64,000 bases of DNA from Rhodocyclales bacterium (GCA_016235805.1 JACRIY010000105.1:4727-68726), one strand, 5' to 3'. Shown: positions 22,651-33,203, counted from the stretch's first letter. Translations and numbers: made by a program. Notes: a model not told the origin generated them from the sequence alone.

Positions 22651-23340
22651 GTGCGCCTGATTGGCATCGAAACCGCGACGCGACACCTGTCAGTCGCGCT
22701 CTGGCAGGACGGCGCGATCATCGAACGCAGCGAGGACCTCGCCAACGGTGGCTCCGAACGGCTGCTGCCCTGGGTGCATGAGCTGCTGGCGGAAGGCCAG
22801 ACGGATCTGGCCCAGCTCGACGGCATCGCCTTCGGCGCCGGCCCCGGCAGTTTTACCGGCCTTCGGCTGGCCTGCGGCGTGGCCCAGGGCCTGGCCTGGG
22901 GTCTCGACCTGCCGGTGCTGCCGGTGTCGACGCTGGAGGCGCTGGCGCTGGCGAGCGGCAAACGTGAAGTATGGGCCTGCCTCGACGCGCGCATGAACGA
23001 GGTCTACAGCGCGGCCTATCGCGTCGATGGCGACATCCCGCACGAAGTCATGGCACCTGTATGCCTGCCGCCCGCCGTGGCGCCAGCGCCGACGTTTGTC
23101 GATGCGTGGGGCGTGGGCGACGGATTCGTGACCCATGGCGAGTTGTTGCGCGGCAGGAAGCCCGATCTTGCGGGGACGCTTGCCTCAGCCTATCCCACCG
23201 CCGCTGCCGTATTGCGCCTGGCGCGGACTGTGCTAGCCGAGGGCAGGGCAGTCTGCGCCGCGCAGGCGCAACCCATTTACGTGCGCGACAAGGTGGCGCT
23301 GACCACCGTGGAACGCCTTGCGCGCGGCGGGTTGCGCTGA
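22651..23340 (+). CDS. tsaB: tRNA t6A biosynthesis protein TsaB
   Basis: GPGSFTGLR, DARMNEVY, PIYVRDKVA. Confidence 0.95.
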   Translation: MRLIGIETATRHLSVALWQDGAIIERSEDLANGGSERLLPWVHELLAEGQTDLAQLDGIAFGAGPGSFTGLRLACGVAQGLAWGLDLPVLPVSTLEALALASGKREVWACLDARMNEVYSAAYRVDGDIPHEVMAPVCLPPAVAPAPTFVDAWGVGDGFVTHGELLRGRKPDLAGTLASAYPTAAAVLRLARTVLAEGRAVCAAQAQPIYVRDKVALTTVERLARGGLR

Positions 23341-23780
23341 TGGTTCGCTACGAGCCGATGACGGTGGACAATCTCGACGCGGTGGCGGAGATGGAGCAGC
23401 GCGTCTATCCGTTTCCTTGGAGCCGGGGCAATTTCGCCGATTCCCTTGCGGCCGGGCATGGCGCCTGGCTGGCGCAGGAGCAGGGACGGATGACCGCCTA
23501 TGCCGTGACCATGCAGGTGCTGGACGAGGTCCACCTGTTGAACCTTACCGTCCTGCCGGAACTGCAGCGCCGCGGGCGCGGTGGCGCGATGCTGGCCCAT
23601 CTGCTCGAATTGGCGAGAAATGCCGCGGCGAAGCGCATGCTGCTCGAAGTGCGGCCGGGAAACGTTCCCGGACAGGCGCTGTACCGGCGTCACGGTTTCG
23701 TCGAAATCGGGCGCCGGCGAGATTACTACCCGGCGCCTGGCGGGCGCGAGGATGCCATCGTGATGGCCCGCGAATTGTGA
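23340..23780 (+). CDS. rimI: Ribosomal protein alanine N-acetyltransferase
   Basis: PWS, DEVHLLN, LEVR, RRDYY, REDAIVM. Confidence 0.93.
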   Translation: MVRYEPMTVDNLDAVAEMEQRVYPFPWSRGNFADSLAAGHGAWLAQEQGRMTAYAVTMQVLDEVHLLNLTVLPELQRRGRGGAMLAHLLELARNAAAKRMLLEVRPGNVPGQALYRRHGFVEIGRRRDYYPAPGGREDAIVMAREL

Positions 23781-24517
23781 GCAAGCAGCGCGCGAAGGTG
23801 TTGCGCGAGATGGGACTCGGGCCGGTGTGGACGCTGCGCACGCCGCCTCCGGCCGCCGCGGCGGAAGGTCTGGGCGATAGCGTCGACGTAGCGGCGCCGG
23901 CCCCGGTTCCGATGTCGGTCATGCCGCCCGCAGCGTCGTCACAGGCAACTGCTGCAATGGACTGGGATGCGCTTGCCATGAGCGTGGCGGCCTGCCGCCA
24001 GTGCGGCCTTTGCGAAGCGCGCAAGCAGGCGGTGCTCGGCGTGGGCAACCGCAAGGCGGACTGGTTGTTCGTCGGCGAGGGGCCCGGTGCCGAGGAAGAT
24101 CAGCGCGGAGAACCCTTCGTCGGCCAGGCCGGCAAGCTGCTCGACGCCATGCTGGCGGCGATAGGACTGAGGCGTGGCGAGGACGTCTATATCGCCAATG
24201 CGGTCAAGTGCCGGCCGCCCGGAAATCGCACGCCTACGCCGGAAGAAACGGCGACTTGCCGGCCCTATCTGGAACGCCAGATCGAATTGATTCAGCCAAA
24301 GCTGATCGTCGCCCTGGGGCGCCCGGCAGCCCAGACCCTGCTGCGCACCGAGGTCAAGATCGGCGCATCGCGCGGCAAGTGTTTCGACTACCGTGGAATT
24401 CCTGTGGTCATCACCTACCATCCGGCCTACCTGCTGCGCACGCCGCTGGACAAGGCCCTGGCCTGGGAGGATCTCTGTTTCATGCGGCACACGATGAAGG
24501 CGCTTAAAGCGCCCTGA
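23777..24517 (+). CDS. Family 4 uracil-DNA glycosylase ([4Fe-4S])
   Basis: CxxC, GEGPG.EED..GEPFVG, VKCRPP.NR.P, YHPAYLLR; GTG start overlaps the rimI stop. Confidence 0.92.
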   Translation: MSKQRAKVLREMGLGPVWTLRTPPPAAAAEGLGDSVDVAAPAPVPMSVMPPAASSQATAAMDWDALAMSVAACRQCGLCEARKQAVLGVGNRKADWLFVGEGPGAEEDQRGEPFVGQAGKLLDAMLAAIGLRRGEDVYIANAVKCRPPGNRTPTPEETATCRPYLERQIELIQPKLIVALGRPAAQTLLRTEVKIGASRGKCFDYRGIPVVITYHPAYLLRTPLDKALAWEDLCFMRHTMKALKAP

Positions 24518-24580
24518 AGCGTCGCCGGCCGGCTTCGCGAATCGACTCGGCGGCGAGGACCGCCGGTCCGTTGCCGACGC

Positions 24581-24856
24581 TTACTGGTTGAACGCCTTTC
24601 CCATCATCCGGGTCCAGGTCTGGCACTCGCTCATGCCCTGGCGGCGGCTGTCATCCACCAGTTTTTCCATCTCGGCGAGCAAGCGCTTTCGATCGGCTTC
24701 GTCGCGCGGATTGGGACTCGGCGGCGAATTGCGCAGGGTGTCGAGCCCCGCGGTGATGGCCATGCGGCAGTTTTCCTCCTTGGGCGGAGTGTCGGCCTGG
24801 ATGCTCGGCGCGAGGAGGGCGGGAAGGATGGAAACAAGGCGGAGCATGCGGCGCAT
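24581..24856 (-). CDS. Small exported hypothetical protein
   Basis: ATG preceded by GGAGG, signal peptide, helical body with 2 Cys; directly downstream of lplT. Confidence 0.65.
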   Translation of the reverse strand: MRRMLRLVSILPALLAPSIQADTPPKEENCRMAITAGLDTLRNSPPSPNPRDEADRKRLLAEMEKLVDDSRRQGMSECQTWTRMMGKAFNQ

Positions 24857-24876
24857 GGTCGTGGTCTGCCTCCGGG

Positions 24877-26142
24877 TCAATGATGCGCGGCGTCGTCGAG
24901 CTGGGCGACGTCGTCGCGCTCGCGCTGGTTGATTTCGTGCTGTCGCTTGACCAGCCACATCGTGCCAGCAACGAACAGGCCGAAGAGGACGATGATCCAG
25001 TAGATCGACAACTGCGCCCTGAGCAGCAGGGAATAGGTCGTGGTCATGATCAGAATCGACAGGTTTTCGTTGAAGTTCTGCACCGCGATGGAATGCCCGG
25101 CGCCCATCAGGATGTGGCCACGGTGCTGCAGGAGCGCATTCATCGGCACCACGAAGAATCCGGAGAAAACGCCGATCAGTACCAGCAGCGGGACCGCGAG
25201 CCACATGTCGCGCACGGCGATCATGACGATGACGCCGACCCCCATCGCCATGCCCAGCGGTATCACCCGTACCGACTTGCGCAGGGTGATCATGCGCGCC
25301 GCGAGGATGGCGCCGATGGCGACGCCGACCGCAACCACGCCCTGCAGCATGCTGGCTTTCGACAGGTCCAGGTTGAGTGCCGCCCGCGCCCATTCCAGGA
25401 CGATGAACTGCAATGTCGCGCCGGCGCCCCAGAACAGCGTGGTCACCGCGAGCGATATCTGCCCCAGCTTGTCGCGCCACAGCAGCTTGAGGCAGTGGTT
25501 GAATTCATGGAACAGGTAAACCGGATTCTTCTTCAGCGGCTTGTGGTCGACCCCGGTGTCGGGCACGTAGAGGTTGAACAGCGCGGCGACCAGGTACAGC
25601 GCGCCGATGATCAGCAGGGTCATCTCGGCGACGGTATCGACACCTGTATCGATCACGGGAAGGTCGAGCGAAAGCAGGCCGTGGGCGATCTCGGGCCTGA
25701 TCAGGGCGCCGCCGAGCACCACACCGAGGATGATGGCGCCGACCGTAAGGCCCTCGATCCAGCCGTTGGCCACCACCAGCAGGCGGTGCGGCAGGTATTC
25801 GGTGAGGATGCCGTACTTGGCCGGCGAGTAGGCGGCGGCGCCGAGCCCGACCACGGCATAGGCCATCAGCGGGTGCACGTCGAAGAACATCAGGCTGCAG
25901 CCGAATATCTTGATGCCGTTGCTGATGAACATGACCCGCCATTTGGGCATGGAATCGGCGAAGGCACCGACGAAGGCCGCCAGCGCGACGTAGGATACGG
26001 TGAAGAAGGTTTTCAGCAGCGGCTCGTAGGCCGCCGGAGCCTGCATGTCGCGCAGGATGGCGATGGCGGCGATCAGCAGTGCATTGTCGGCCAGCGCGGA
26101 AAAAAACTGCGCGGCCATGATGATGTAGAAACCAGGACTCAT
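24877..26142 (-). CDS. lplT: Lysophospholipid transporter (MFS)
   Basis: AQFFSALADNALL, AYSPAKYGILTE, AGHSIAVQNFNEN. Confidence 0.93.
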   Translation of the reverse strand: MSPGFYIIMAAQFFSALADNALLIAAIAILRDMQAPAAYEPLLKTFFTVSYVALAAFVGAFADSMPKWRVMFISNGIKIFGCSLMFFDVHPLMAYAVVGLGAAAYSPAKYGILTEYLPHRLLVVANGWIEGLTVGAIILGVVLGGALIRPEIAHGLLSLDLPVIDTGVDTVAEMTLLIIGALYLVAALFNLYVPDTGVDHKPLKKNPVYLFHEFNHCLKLLWRDKLGQISLAVTTLFWGAGATLQFIVLEWARAALNLDLSKASMLQGVVAVGVAIGAILAARMITLRKSVRVIPLGMAMGVGVIVMIAVRDMWLAVPLLVLIGVFSGFFVVPMNALLQHRGHILMGAGHSIAVQNFNENLSILIMTTTYSLLLRAQLSIYWIIVLFGLFVAGTMWLVKRQHEINQRERDDVAQLDDAAHH

Positions 26143-26351
26143 TGATCGGGCCGGGGTGCGGCCTTGCTTAAGTGTGCCGGTTTATATCACGAAAGGATTG
26201 CGTCAATCGCGTTGCTGCGGTGCCGCATGAGGTCCGTGGATTGCGGATGCTCCTGGCACGCCGATTCGATGCCCATTAATTGCGCTCATGGGGGATGATT
26301 TGTGATTGAATACCGGGCAGAAACAGAATCTTCAATCCGGAGGTAGCAGGT

Positions 26352-27266
26352 ATGGCCGATCGCCGGCTTCAGGTGTTCCATGCGGTTGCCAAGCAGTTGT
26401 CATTTACCAAGGCAGCCGAGGTGCTGTTCATGACGCAACCTGCGGTGACATTCCAGATCAAGCAGCTGGAGGAGCACTTCAACACGCGGCTGTTCGATCG
26501 CGGTCATGGCCGCATCGCGCTGACGCCGGCCGGCGAAGTAGTGCTTGGCTATGCCGAGCGTATTCTCGGGCTGTCCTCGGAAATGGACGTTCGCCTGTCG
26601 GAGTTGACCGGTGAAATCGGCGGTTCGCTGATGATCGGCGCTTCCACCACCATCGCGGAATTCATGCTGCCGGGTATCCTCGGCGAATTCAAGTCGACCT
26701 ATCCCAACGTGCGGTCGCGGCTCGTGGTGGGCAATTCGGAATCGATCGAGACGCGGGTCCTGGAGCACACCATTGACATAGGCTTCATCGAGTCGCTGTC
26801 GCATGAGCCGAACCTCGAATGCGAGGTCTGTTGCGACGACGAACTGGTGGTGATCTGCCATCCTCGCTTCCCGCTGGCGCGGCACAAGGAACTGACGCCG
26901 CAGAAGCTGCTCGAACATCCATTCATTTCGCGCGAGCCCGGTTCCGGCACTCGCGAGTTTACCGAGAGCTACCTGCGCAGCGCGGGCGTGGCGATTGACC
27001 AGATGAACGTCGTGATGGAGTTGGGCAGCCCGATTGCGCTCAATGGCGTGGTGCAGACCGGCCTCGGTTTTGCGATCGCTTCGCGCGCCTCTGTGAGCAA
27101 GGAGCAGAGGCTGGGCGACATCGTCGCGATACCCCTCAAGCCGCGCCTGATTCGGACGCTGTCGATGGTCTATCCGAAGGAAAAGTTCCGTTCGCGATTG
27201 GTGGCAACCTTCGTCGAATTCGCTTCCACGCGGCTGCGCGCACTGATCTCGAAGAAGCCGGGCTGA
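26352..27266 (+). CDS. LysR-family regulator (CysL/YeiE-like)
   Basis: SFTKAAE.LFMTQPAVTFQIKQLE HTH, GASTTI, REPGSGTR. Confidence 0.9.
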   Translation: MADRRLQVFHAVAKQLSFTKAAEVLFMTQPAVTFQIKQLEEHFNTRLFDRGHGRIALTPAGEVVLGYAERILGLSSEMDVRLSELTGEIGGSLMIGASTTIAEFMLPGILGEFKSTYPNVRSRLVVGNSESIETRVLEHTIDIGFIESLSHEPNLECEVCCDDELVVICHPRFPLARHKELTPQKLLEHPFISREPGSGTREFTESYLRSAGVAIDQMNVVMELGSPIALNGVVQTGLGFAIASRASVSKEQRLGDIVAIPLKPRLIRTLSMVYPKEKFRSRLVATFVEFASTRLRALISKKPG

Positions 27267-27303
27267 CCGCCCGCGCCGGGAATCATGGGCGACGGAGCCT
27301 GAC

Positions 27304-28395
27304 ATGTCGCGTCCGATTCGCGCACGACTGGACTGGTCGGCGCTGCGCCACAATCTCGGCATCGTTCGGCGTCACGCGGGCAACGCCCGTATCTGGAGCG
27401 TGGTCAAGGCGGATGCCTACGGGCATGGCCTGATGTCTGCCGCACGTGCCCTGGCCGAGGTTACGGACGGCTTCGCGCTGGTGGAAGTCGAGGGCGCCAT
27501 GGCGCTGCGCGATGCCGGCTTCACGCAACCCATCCTGATGCTGGAAGGTCCCTACCAGGGCGACGACGTCGCCCTGTTCGCCGAACTGGAACTGATTCCG
27601 GTGCTGCACACCCTGTGGCAGGTCGACGCGCTGATAGATGCCTGCCTGCCTCGGCGCCAGCCGGTGTACCTCAAGCTGAACACCGGCATGAACCGCCTCG
27701 GTTTCAACGAGGGCGAGTTCGGTTCGGCCCTGGATCGGCTGGTGGCGGCCGATTGCCTGGAGTCGGTGACGCTGATGACCCATTTCGCCGACGCCGACGA
27801 GGAGCGCGGCATACAGCGGCAACTGGATCGCTTCCGGGCCATGGCCGGGCGTCGCGCGCTGCCCGTGTCGATGGCGAATTCCGCGGCGCTGCTGCGTTTT
27901 CCGGAGGCCGTCGGCGATTGGGTTCGCCCCGGCATCATGCTCTACGGATCCTCGCCGTTTCCCGCGATGAAAAGCGCGGTCGAGCTGGACCTGCGACCGG
28001 TGATGACGCTGGAGAGCGAACTGATTGCGGTGCGCGACCTGTTGCCCGGCGACACCATCGGCTACGGCAGCAGCTTTGTCGCGGATGAACCGATGCGCGT
28101 CGGCATCGTCGCCTGCGGCTATGGCGACGGCTATCCGCGCCATGCGCCGACCGGAACGCCGGTGCAGGTCGCCGGGCAGCGCAGCTGGACGCTGGGGCGC
28201 GTGTCGATGGACAAGATCTGCGTCGATCTGAGCGCACTGCCGCAGAAAGTCGGCGTTGGCGACACGGTGACCCTGTGGGGCGGGACCGGCGCCATGTACT
28301 TGGCGGCGGACGAAGTGGCCGCAGCGGCCGGCACCGTTTCTTACGAGATGTTCTGTGCCTTGGCGGCACGGGTGCCGCTGGTCGAAACCAACTGA
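27304..28395 (+). CDS. alr: Alanine racemase
   Basis: VVKADAYGHG, TGMNRLG, GYGDGYPR, GRVSMD. Confidence 0.96.
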   Translation: MSRPIRARLDWSALRHNLGIVRRHAGNARIWSVVKADAYGHGLMSAARALAEVTDGFALVEVEGAMALRDAGFTQPILMLEGPYQGDDVALFAELELIPVLHTLWQVDALIDACLPRRQPVYLKLNTGMNRLGFNEGEFGSALDRLVAADCLESVTLMTHFADADEERGIQRQLDRFRAMAGRRALPVSMANSAALLRFPEAVGDWVRPGIMLYGSSPFPAMKSAVELDLRPVMTLESELIAVRDLLPGDTIGYGSSFVADEPMRVGIVACGYGDGYPRHAPTGTPVQVAGQRSWTLGRVSMDKICVDLSALPQKVGVGDTVTLWGGTGAMYLAADEVAAAAGTVSYEMFCALAARVPLVETN

Positions 28396-29762
28396 TGGCC
28401 AAGGCCAGGACGCAGTATTCCTGCACCGAATGCGGTGCCAGTTCGCCCAAGTGGCAGGGCCAGTGTCCCGGCTGCGGGCAGTGGAACACCCTCGTCGAGG
28501 CGGTGGTCGAATCCGCCGCTCCGGCCGGGCGCGACTTCGCCGCGCTGGGCGGCGCCAGCGGGCTGCAGATGCTGGCCGAGATCCGGCCGCGCGAGGAGCC
28601 GCGCCAGGCCACCGGCGTCGAGGAGTTCGACCGGGTGCTGGGTGGCGGGCTGGTGGCCGGCGGCGTGGTGCTGATCGGCGGCGATCCGGGCATCGGCAAA
28701 TCGACGCTGCTGCTGCAGTCGCTGGCGCGCCTGGCGCAGGCCAGGGAGAACGTGCTGTATGTCTCCGGGGAGGAATCCGGCGAGCAGGTGGCGCTGCGCG
28801 CGCGGCGCCTGCAGCTCGATGTCGGCGGCATGCAGTTACTGGCCGAGATCAACCTGGAAAAAATCCTTGCCACCCTGGTCAAGTTGCGCCCCGCGGTCGC
28901 GGTGATCGACTCGATCCAGACCGTGTGGTCGGACGCCCTCCAGTCCGCCCCAGGCTCGGTGGCGCAGGTGCGCGAATGCGCGGCGCAACTGACGCGCTTT
29001 GCCAAGCAGTCCGGAACCTGCGTGATCCTGGTCGGCCATGTCACCAAGGAAGGCAGCCTGGCCGGTCCGCGCGTGCTGGAGCACATGGTCGATACCGTGC
29101 TGTATTTCGAGGGCGACACGCATTCCAGCTTCCGCCTGGTGCGCGCGGTAAAGAACCGCTTCGGCGCCGTCAACGAACTCGGCGTCTTCGCCATGACCGA
29201 GAAGGGCCTGCGCGGCGTTGCCAATCCGTCGGCGCTGTTCCTCTCGCAGCATTCGCTCGACGTCGCCGGCTCCTGCGTGCTGTGTACCCAGGAGGGCACG
29301 CGGCCGCTGCTGGTGGAAATCCAGGCGCTGGTCGACGCCTCGCAGGCGCCGAGCCCGCGCCGGCTGGCGGTCGGCCTCGAACAGAATCGACTGGCGATGC
29401 TGCTGGCGATATTGCATCGTCACGCCGGCATCGTCTGCGGCGACCAGGACGTATTCGTCAATGCCGTTGGCGGGGTCAAGATCGCCGAGCCGGCGGCCGA
29501 CCTCGCGGTGTTGCTGGCCATTGTTTCCTCGCTGCGCAACAAGCCGCTGCCGGGCAAGCTGGTGGTCTTCGGCGAAGTTGGCCTGGCCGGGGAGATCCGT
29601 CCGGCGCCGCGCGGCCAGGAGCGCCTCAAGGAAGCGGCCAAGCTGGGCTTCACCCACGCCATTGTGCCCAAGGCCAACGCGCCACGTGCGGCAATCAAGG
29701 GCATCGAGGTCATCGCGCTCGACCGAGTCGAGCAGGCCATCGAACAGATGCGAAGCTGGTGA
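28395..29762 (+). CDS. radA: DNA repair protein RadA/Sms
   Basis: C4 zinc finger, GDPGIGKST, KNRFG, GEVGLAGE. Confidence 0.98.
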   Translation: MAKARTQYSCTECGASSPKWQGQCPGCGQWNTLVEAVVESAAPAGRDFAALGGASGLQMLAEIRPREEPRQATGVEEFDRVLGGGLVAGGVVLIGGDPGIGKSTLLLQSLARLAQARENVLYVSGEESGEQVALRARRLQLDVGGMQLLAEINLEKILATLVKLRPAVAVIDSIQTVWSDALQSAPGSVAQVRECAAQLTRFAKQSGTCVILVGHVTKEGSLAGPRVLEHMVDTVLYFEGDTHSSFRLVRAVKNRFGAVNELGVFAMTEKGLRGVANPSALFLSQHSLDVAGSCVLCTQEGTRPLLVEIQALVDASQAPSPRRLAVGLEQNRLAMLLAILHRHAGIVCGDQDVFVNAVGGVKIAEPAADLAVLLAIVSSLRNKPLPGKLVVFGEVGLAGEIRPAPRGQERLKEAAKLGFTHAIVPKANAPRAAIKGIEVIALDRVEQAIEQMRSW

Positions 29763-29840
29763 ACAGCACAGCGGACAGAGGACACGCAGAAAAGCGTGTA
29801 GATTTGTTTTTCTCTGTGTCTTGGGTACCTAAAGGGTGTT
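29762..29840. repeat. Degenerate second copy of the CACAGAG-type palindrome
   Basis: CACAGCGGACAGAGGACACGCAGAAAAG...TTTTTCTCTGTGTC. Confidence 0.45.
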
Positions 29841-29841
29841 C

Positions 29842-32331
29842 ATGATTTCTCTCAGGCTGGCGCTGCGCATGCTGGCCCGCGACTGGCGCGCTGGTGAATT
29901 GACGGTGCTCGGCATCGCGCTGATGCTGGGCGTCGCCGCGCTGACCAGCGTCGGTTTCCTCACCGACCGGGTCGAGCAGGCATTGCGCCTGCAATCCCAT
30001 CAATTGCTCGGCGGCGACCTGCTGTTGACCGCCGACCATCCCTGGTCCGATCCGTTCCGCCGGGAGGCCGCGGCGCGCGGCCTGCGCCTGGCCGAGAGCG
30101 CGACTTTCCCGAGCATGGTCAGCCTCGGTGATGCATCCGTCCTGGCCGAGGTCAAGGCGGTATCGCCCGGCTATCCGCTGCGCGGGTCCCTGCGCACCGC
30201 CGCCGTGCTGAATGGCGCCGACGAACCGACCTCGCGCGTGCCGCAGGCCGGCGAAGCGTGGCCCGACGAACGCCTGGCGACCACGCTCGGCCTCGCGGCA
30301 GGCACCGCGCTGGCGGTGGGCAGGATCACCGTGCGAAGCGGCCCCGTACTCACCATGGAACCGGATCGTGGCATGAACGTGTTCGCGCTCGCGCCACGGC
30401 TGATGATCAACCTCGGCGACCTGGCCGCCACCGGACTGATCCAGCCCGGCAGCCGCGCCTACTATCGCCTGCACCTGGCCGGCGACGCGCCGGCGGTCGC
30501 GGCTTACGAAGCCTGGGCGAAGGATCGCCTCGGACGTGGCGAGAAGATCGAGAGCCTGGACAATGCCCGGCCCGAGATCCGCAACGTTACCGAACGGGCG
30601 CAGCGCTTCCTGCGCCTGGCGGCGCTGCTGGCGGTGATCCTCGCCGCCGTCGCCGCCGCGCTGGCCGCCGAACGCTACATGCGGCGCCACCTCGACGGCT
30701 GCGCCGTGATGCGCTGCATGGGCGCCTCGGCGCGGCAACTGTTGCTGATCCATGGCGGCGAATTCCTCGCCTTCGGCCTGATCGCGACCCTGGCCGGGTG
30801 CGGCGTCGGCTATGCCGTGCAACTGGCGTTGCAGCAGATGCTCGACGGCCTGCTGGCGACCACGCTGCCGCCGCCTTCGCTGCTGCCCTGGCTGCACGGC
30901 CTGGCGGTCGGGTTGACGCTGGTCGTCGGCTTCGCCCTGCCGCCGCTGCTGCGCCTGCGGCGGGTGCCGACGCTGCGCGTGCTGCGCCGCGAATGGAGTG
31001 GATCAGAGCCGGCCTCGGTCGGCGCCTACCTGCTCGGCGGGCTGGTGCTGGCCGGACTGATGCTGTGGATGGCGGGCGAGCCGCGCCTGGGCCTGATCGT
31101 GCTGGCCGGCTTCCTCCTGGCGCTGGCCTTTTTCGCCCTGACCGCGCGCCTGCTGCTCGCCGCCCTCGGCCGCCTGCGCCCGGCCGGCCGCGGCTACGGC
31201 TGGCGCCACGGGTTGGCCAACCTGCGGCGGCGGTTGGCGGCGACGTTGGTGCAGGCGGTGGCGCTGGCACTTGGGCTCACCGCGCTGCTGCTGCTCACCG
31301 TGGCGCGCGGCGACCTGCTCGACAGCTGGATCAAGCGCGTTCCGGCCGATGCGCCGAACCGCTTCGTGATCAACATCCAGCCCGACCAGCGTGTCGCCAT
31401 CGCCGACTTTTTCAAGGCGCGTGGTCTGCCGTCACCGGAACTGGAGCCGATGGTGCGCGGCCGATTGGTACAGGTCAATGGCAAGCCGGTGGGACCGGAA
31501 AGTTTTGCCGACGATCGTGCCCAGCGCCTGGTGGATCGGGAATTCAACCTGTCGTGGTCGTCGACGCTGCCTGCCGGCAACACGGTCAGCGGCGGTCGCT
31601 GGCATGGCGCCACGACGAGCCCCGAATTCTCGGTGGAGCAGGGGCTGGCGGAGACCCTGAGCCTGCGGCTGGGCGATCGCCTTACCTATGAGATCGCCGG
31701 CAACCGGGTCGAGGCGATCGTCACCAGCCTGCGCAAGCTCGACTGGGATTCGATGCGGGTCAATTTCTTCGTCATGTCGCCGCCGGCCGTGCTGGCCGAC
31801 TATCCGGCCAGCTTCATCACCAGTTTCCACCTGCCGGCCGACAAGGCGGGCGCCATCCCGGAACTGGTGCGCCGTTTTCCCAACATCACGGTGATCGACG
31901 TTGCGGCACTGGTCAAGCAGTTGCACGCGACCATCGACCAGGTAGCGCGTGCGGTGCAGCTGGTGTTCGGTTTCGCCGTGCTGGCGGGGCTCGCCGTGCT
32001 CTACGCGGCCTTGCAGGCGAGCGGCGACGAACGCCGCCACGAGCTCGCCGTGCTGCGCGCGCTGGGCGCCCGCAGCCGGCAACTCTCCGGCGCGCTGGTG
32101 ACGGAATTCGCCGCGCTGGGCGCGCTGGCGGGATTGCTCGCGGGCATAGCGGCCAGCCTGATCGGCTGGGGCCTGGCACGTTTCGCTTTTCGCCTCGACT
32201 ACCTGCCGCAGATGGAGCTGTGGCTGGTCGGCACGCTGGCCGGGGTCGTGCTGGTCGTCATTGCCGGCTGGCTGGGCGCTTCGTCGATGCTGCGCCAGTC
32301 GGCGCTGCCGGCACTGCGCGCGGCGCAGTAG
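29842..32331 (+). CDS. YbbP-like FtsX/MacB-family ABC permease
   Basis: RDWRAGEL, LLGGDL, PNRFVINIQPDQ, WDSMRVNFF; two FtsX-like halves. Confidence 0.9.
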   Translation: MISLRLALRMLARDWRAGELTVLGIALMLGVAALTSVGFLTDRVEQALRLQSHQLLGGDLLLTADHPWSDPFRREAAARGLRLAESATFPSMVSLGDASVLAEVKAVSPGYPLRGSLRTAAVLNGADEPTSRVPQAGEAWPDERLATTLGLAAGTALAVGRITVRSGPVLTMEPDRGMNVFALAPRLMINLGDLAATGLIQPGSRAYYRLHLAGDAPAVAAYEAWAKDRLGRGEKIESLDNARPEIRNVTERAQRFLRLAALLAVILAAVAAALAAERYMRRHLDGCAVMRCMGASARQLLLIHGGEFLAFGLIATLAGCGVGYAVQLALQQMLDGLLATTLPPPSLLPWLHGLAVGLTLVVGFALPPLLRLRRVPTLRVLRREWSGSEPASVGAYLLGGLVLAGLMLWMAGEPRLGLIVLAGFLLALAFFALTARLLLAALGRLRPAGRGYGWRHGLANLRRRLAATLVQAVALALGLTALLLLTVARGDLLDSWIKRVPADAPNRFVINIQPDQRVAIADFFKARGLPSPELEPMVRGRLVQVNGKPVGPESFADDRAQRLVDREFNLSWSSTLPAGNTVSGGRWHGATTSPEFSVEQGLAETLSLRLGDRLTYEIAGNRVEAIVTSLRKLDWDSMRVNFFVMSPPAVLADYPASFITSFHLPADKAGAIPELVRRFPNITVIDVAALVKQLHATIDQVARAVQLVFGFAVLAGLAVLYAALQASGDERRHELAVLRALGARSRQLSGALVTEFAALGALAGLLAGIAASLIGWGLARFAFRLDYLPQMELWLVGTLAGVVLVVIAGWLGASSMLRQSALPALRAAQ

Positions 32332-32344
32332 GGCGCTCGCCGCG

Positions 32345-33202
32345 CTATCCCGCCGTCACGGAGGCGCCGCAGGCACGGCCCAGCAAAGCGTCGAAGCCGG
32401 GATAGTCGTCGCGTGTCAGCGCGAACTTGGCGGAATATTCCGAGCGCGATTCGCCACGCCTGAGGGCGTCCAGGAAGCCCATTCGATCGGTGATCCAGCT
32501 GCCACCGAGCAGCGTCACGCCGCGCGCGAACAGGGCATCGGGCAGGCAGCCGGCGCTGGGGCCGACCATGGCGAACCACCTGGCATTGCGGCAGCAGCCC
32601 AGCATGCGGTCCAACGTGTCATTGAGCAGCAGGGTGCTGGTCGATACCACCTTGTCGCAGGTCGCCAACTCGTCGGCGTTCAGTGTCACGCGGTAGCCCT
32701 TGGCGCTGCCGGCGAGTTCCGCTTTCAGTTCCACGACCGTAAGCTGCGCTCCGCTGTCCAGGATGCGCCCCAACAGGGGCCGGAACAGGCCGATCATGCC
32801 GATATGTTCGCCGGCCTGCGGCTGCATCTGCCCGATCGAGTCGGCGCTTGTGCCGGGGCGAAAACCGGCGCGGTCGCACAGGCAGCGCGTCAGCGCGTTG
32901 GCCGCGGCGAAACCGACGGCCTTGCCGAAAAAGTCGGCGCTGGCGTAACGGCGTGCAAGCTGCATGGCATCGGCGCCCGCGATGCCGAGGCTGTCGCCGT
33001 CCGCGTGCAGGCGCGCCAGCGTGTCGTCGAAGAGCACGTAGGAAAGCCCCACGGAGCCGTCCTCCAGTTCCAGCGCACAGAACTCGCCCTTGTTGTCGGC
33101 GTTGGGCTGCAGCGGCGGCAGGTGCAGCGCACGTACACGCGGCAGCGGGCTGCGCGCGGCGAAGGCTTCCAGTTGGGTCAGGTAGTCGTCGGCGAAGCTC
33201 AC
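32345..33202 (-). CDS. DUF364-like Rossmann-like domain protein
   Basis: GMIGLF.P, VVELK, TLLLNDTLD, VGPSAG..PD.LF..GV pattern. Confidence 0.7.
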   Translation of the reverse strand: MSFADDYLTQLEAFAARSPLPRVRALHLPPLQPNADNKGEFCALELEDGSVGLSYVLFDDTLARLHADGDSLGIAGADAMQLARRYASADFFGKAVGFAAANALTRCLCDRAGFRPGTSADSIGQMQPQAGEHIGMIGLFRPLLGRILDSGAQLTVVELKAELAGSAKGYRVTLNADELATCDKVVSTSTLLLNDTLDRMLGCCRNARWFAMVGPSAGCLPDALFARGVTLLGGSWITDRMGFLDALRRGESRSEYSAKFALTRDDYPGFDALLGRACGASVTAG

Positions 33203-33203
33203 T

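Noticed and set aside
23777-24517. Phage origin of the UDG gene (often labelled phage SPO1 polymerase-related)
   Set aside because: tsaB-rimI-udg is a normal chromosomal arrangement and no phage genes are nearby
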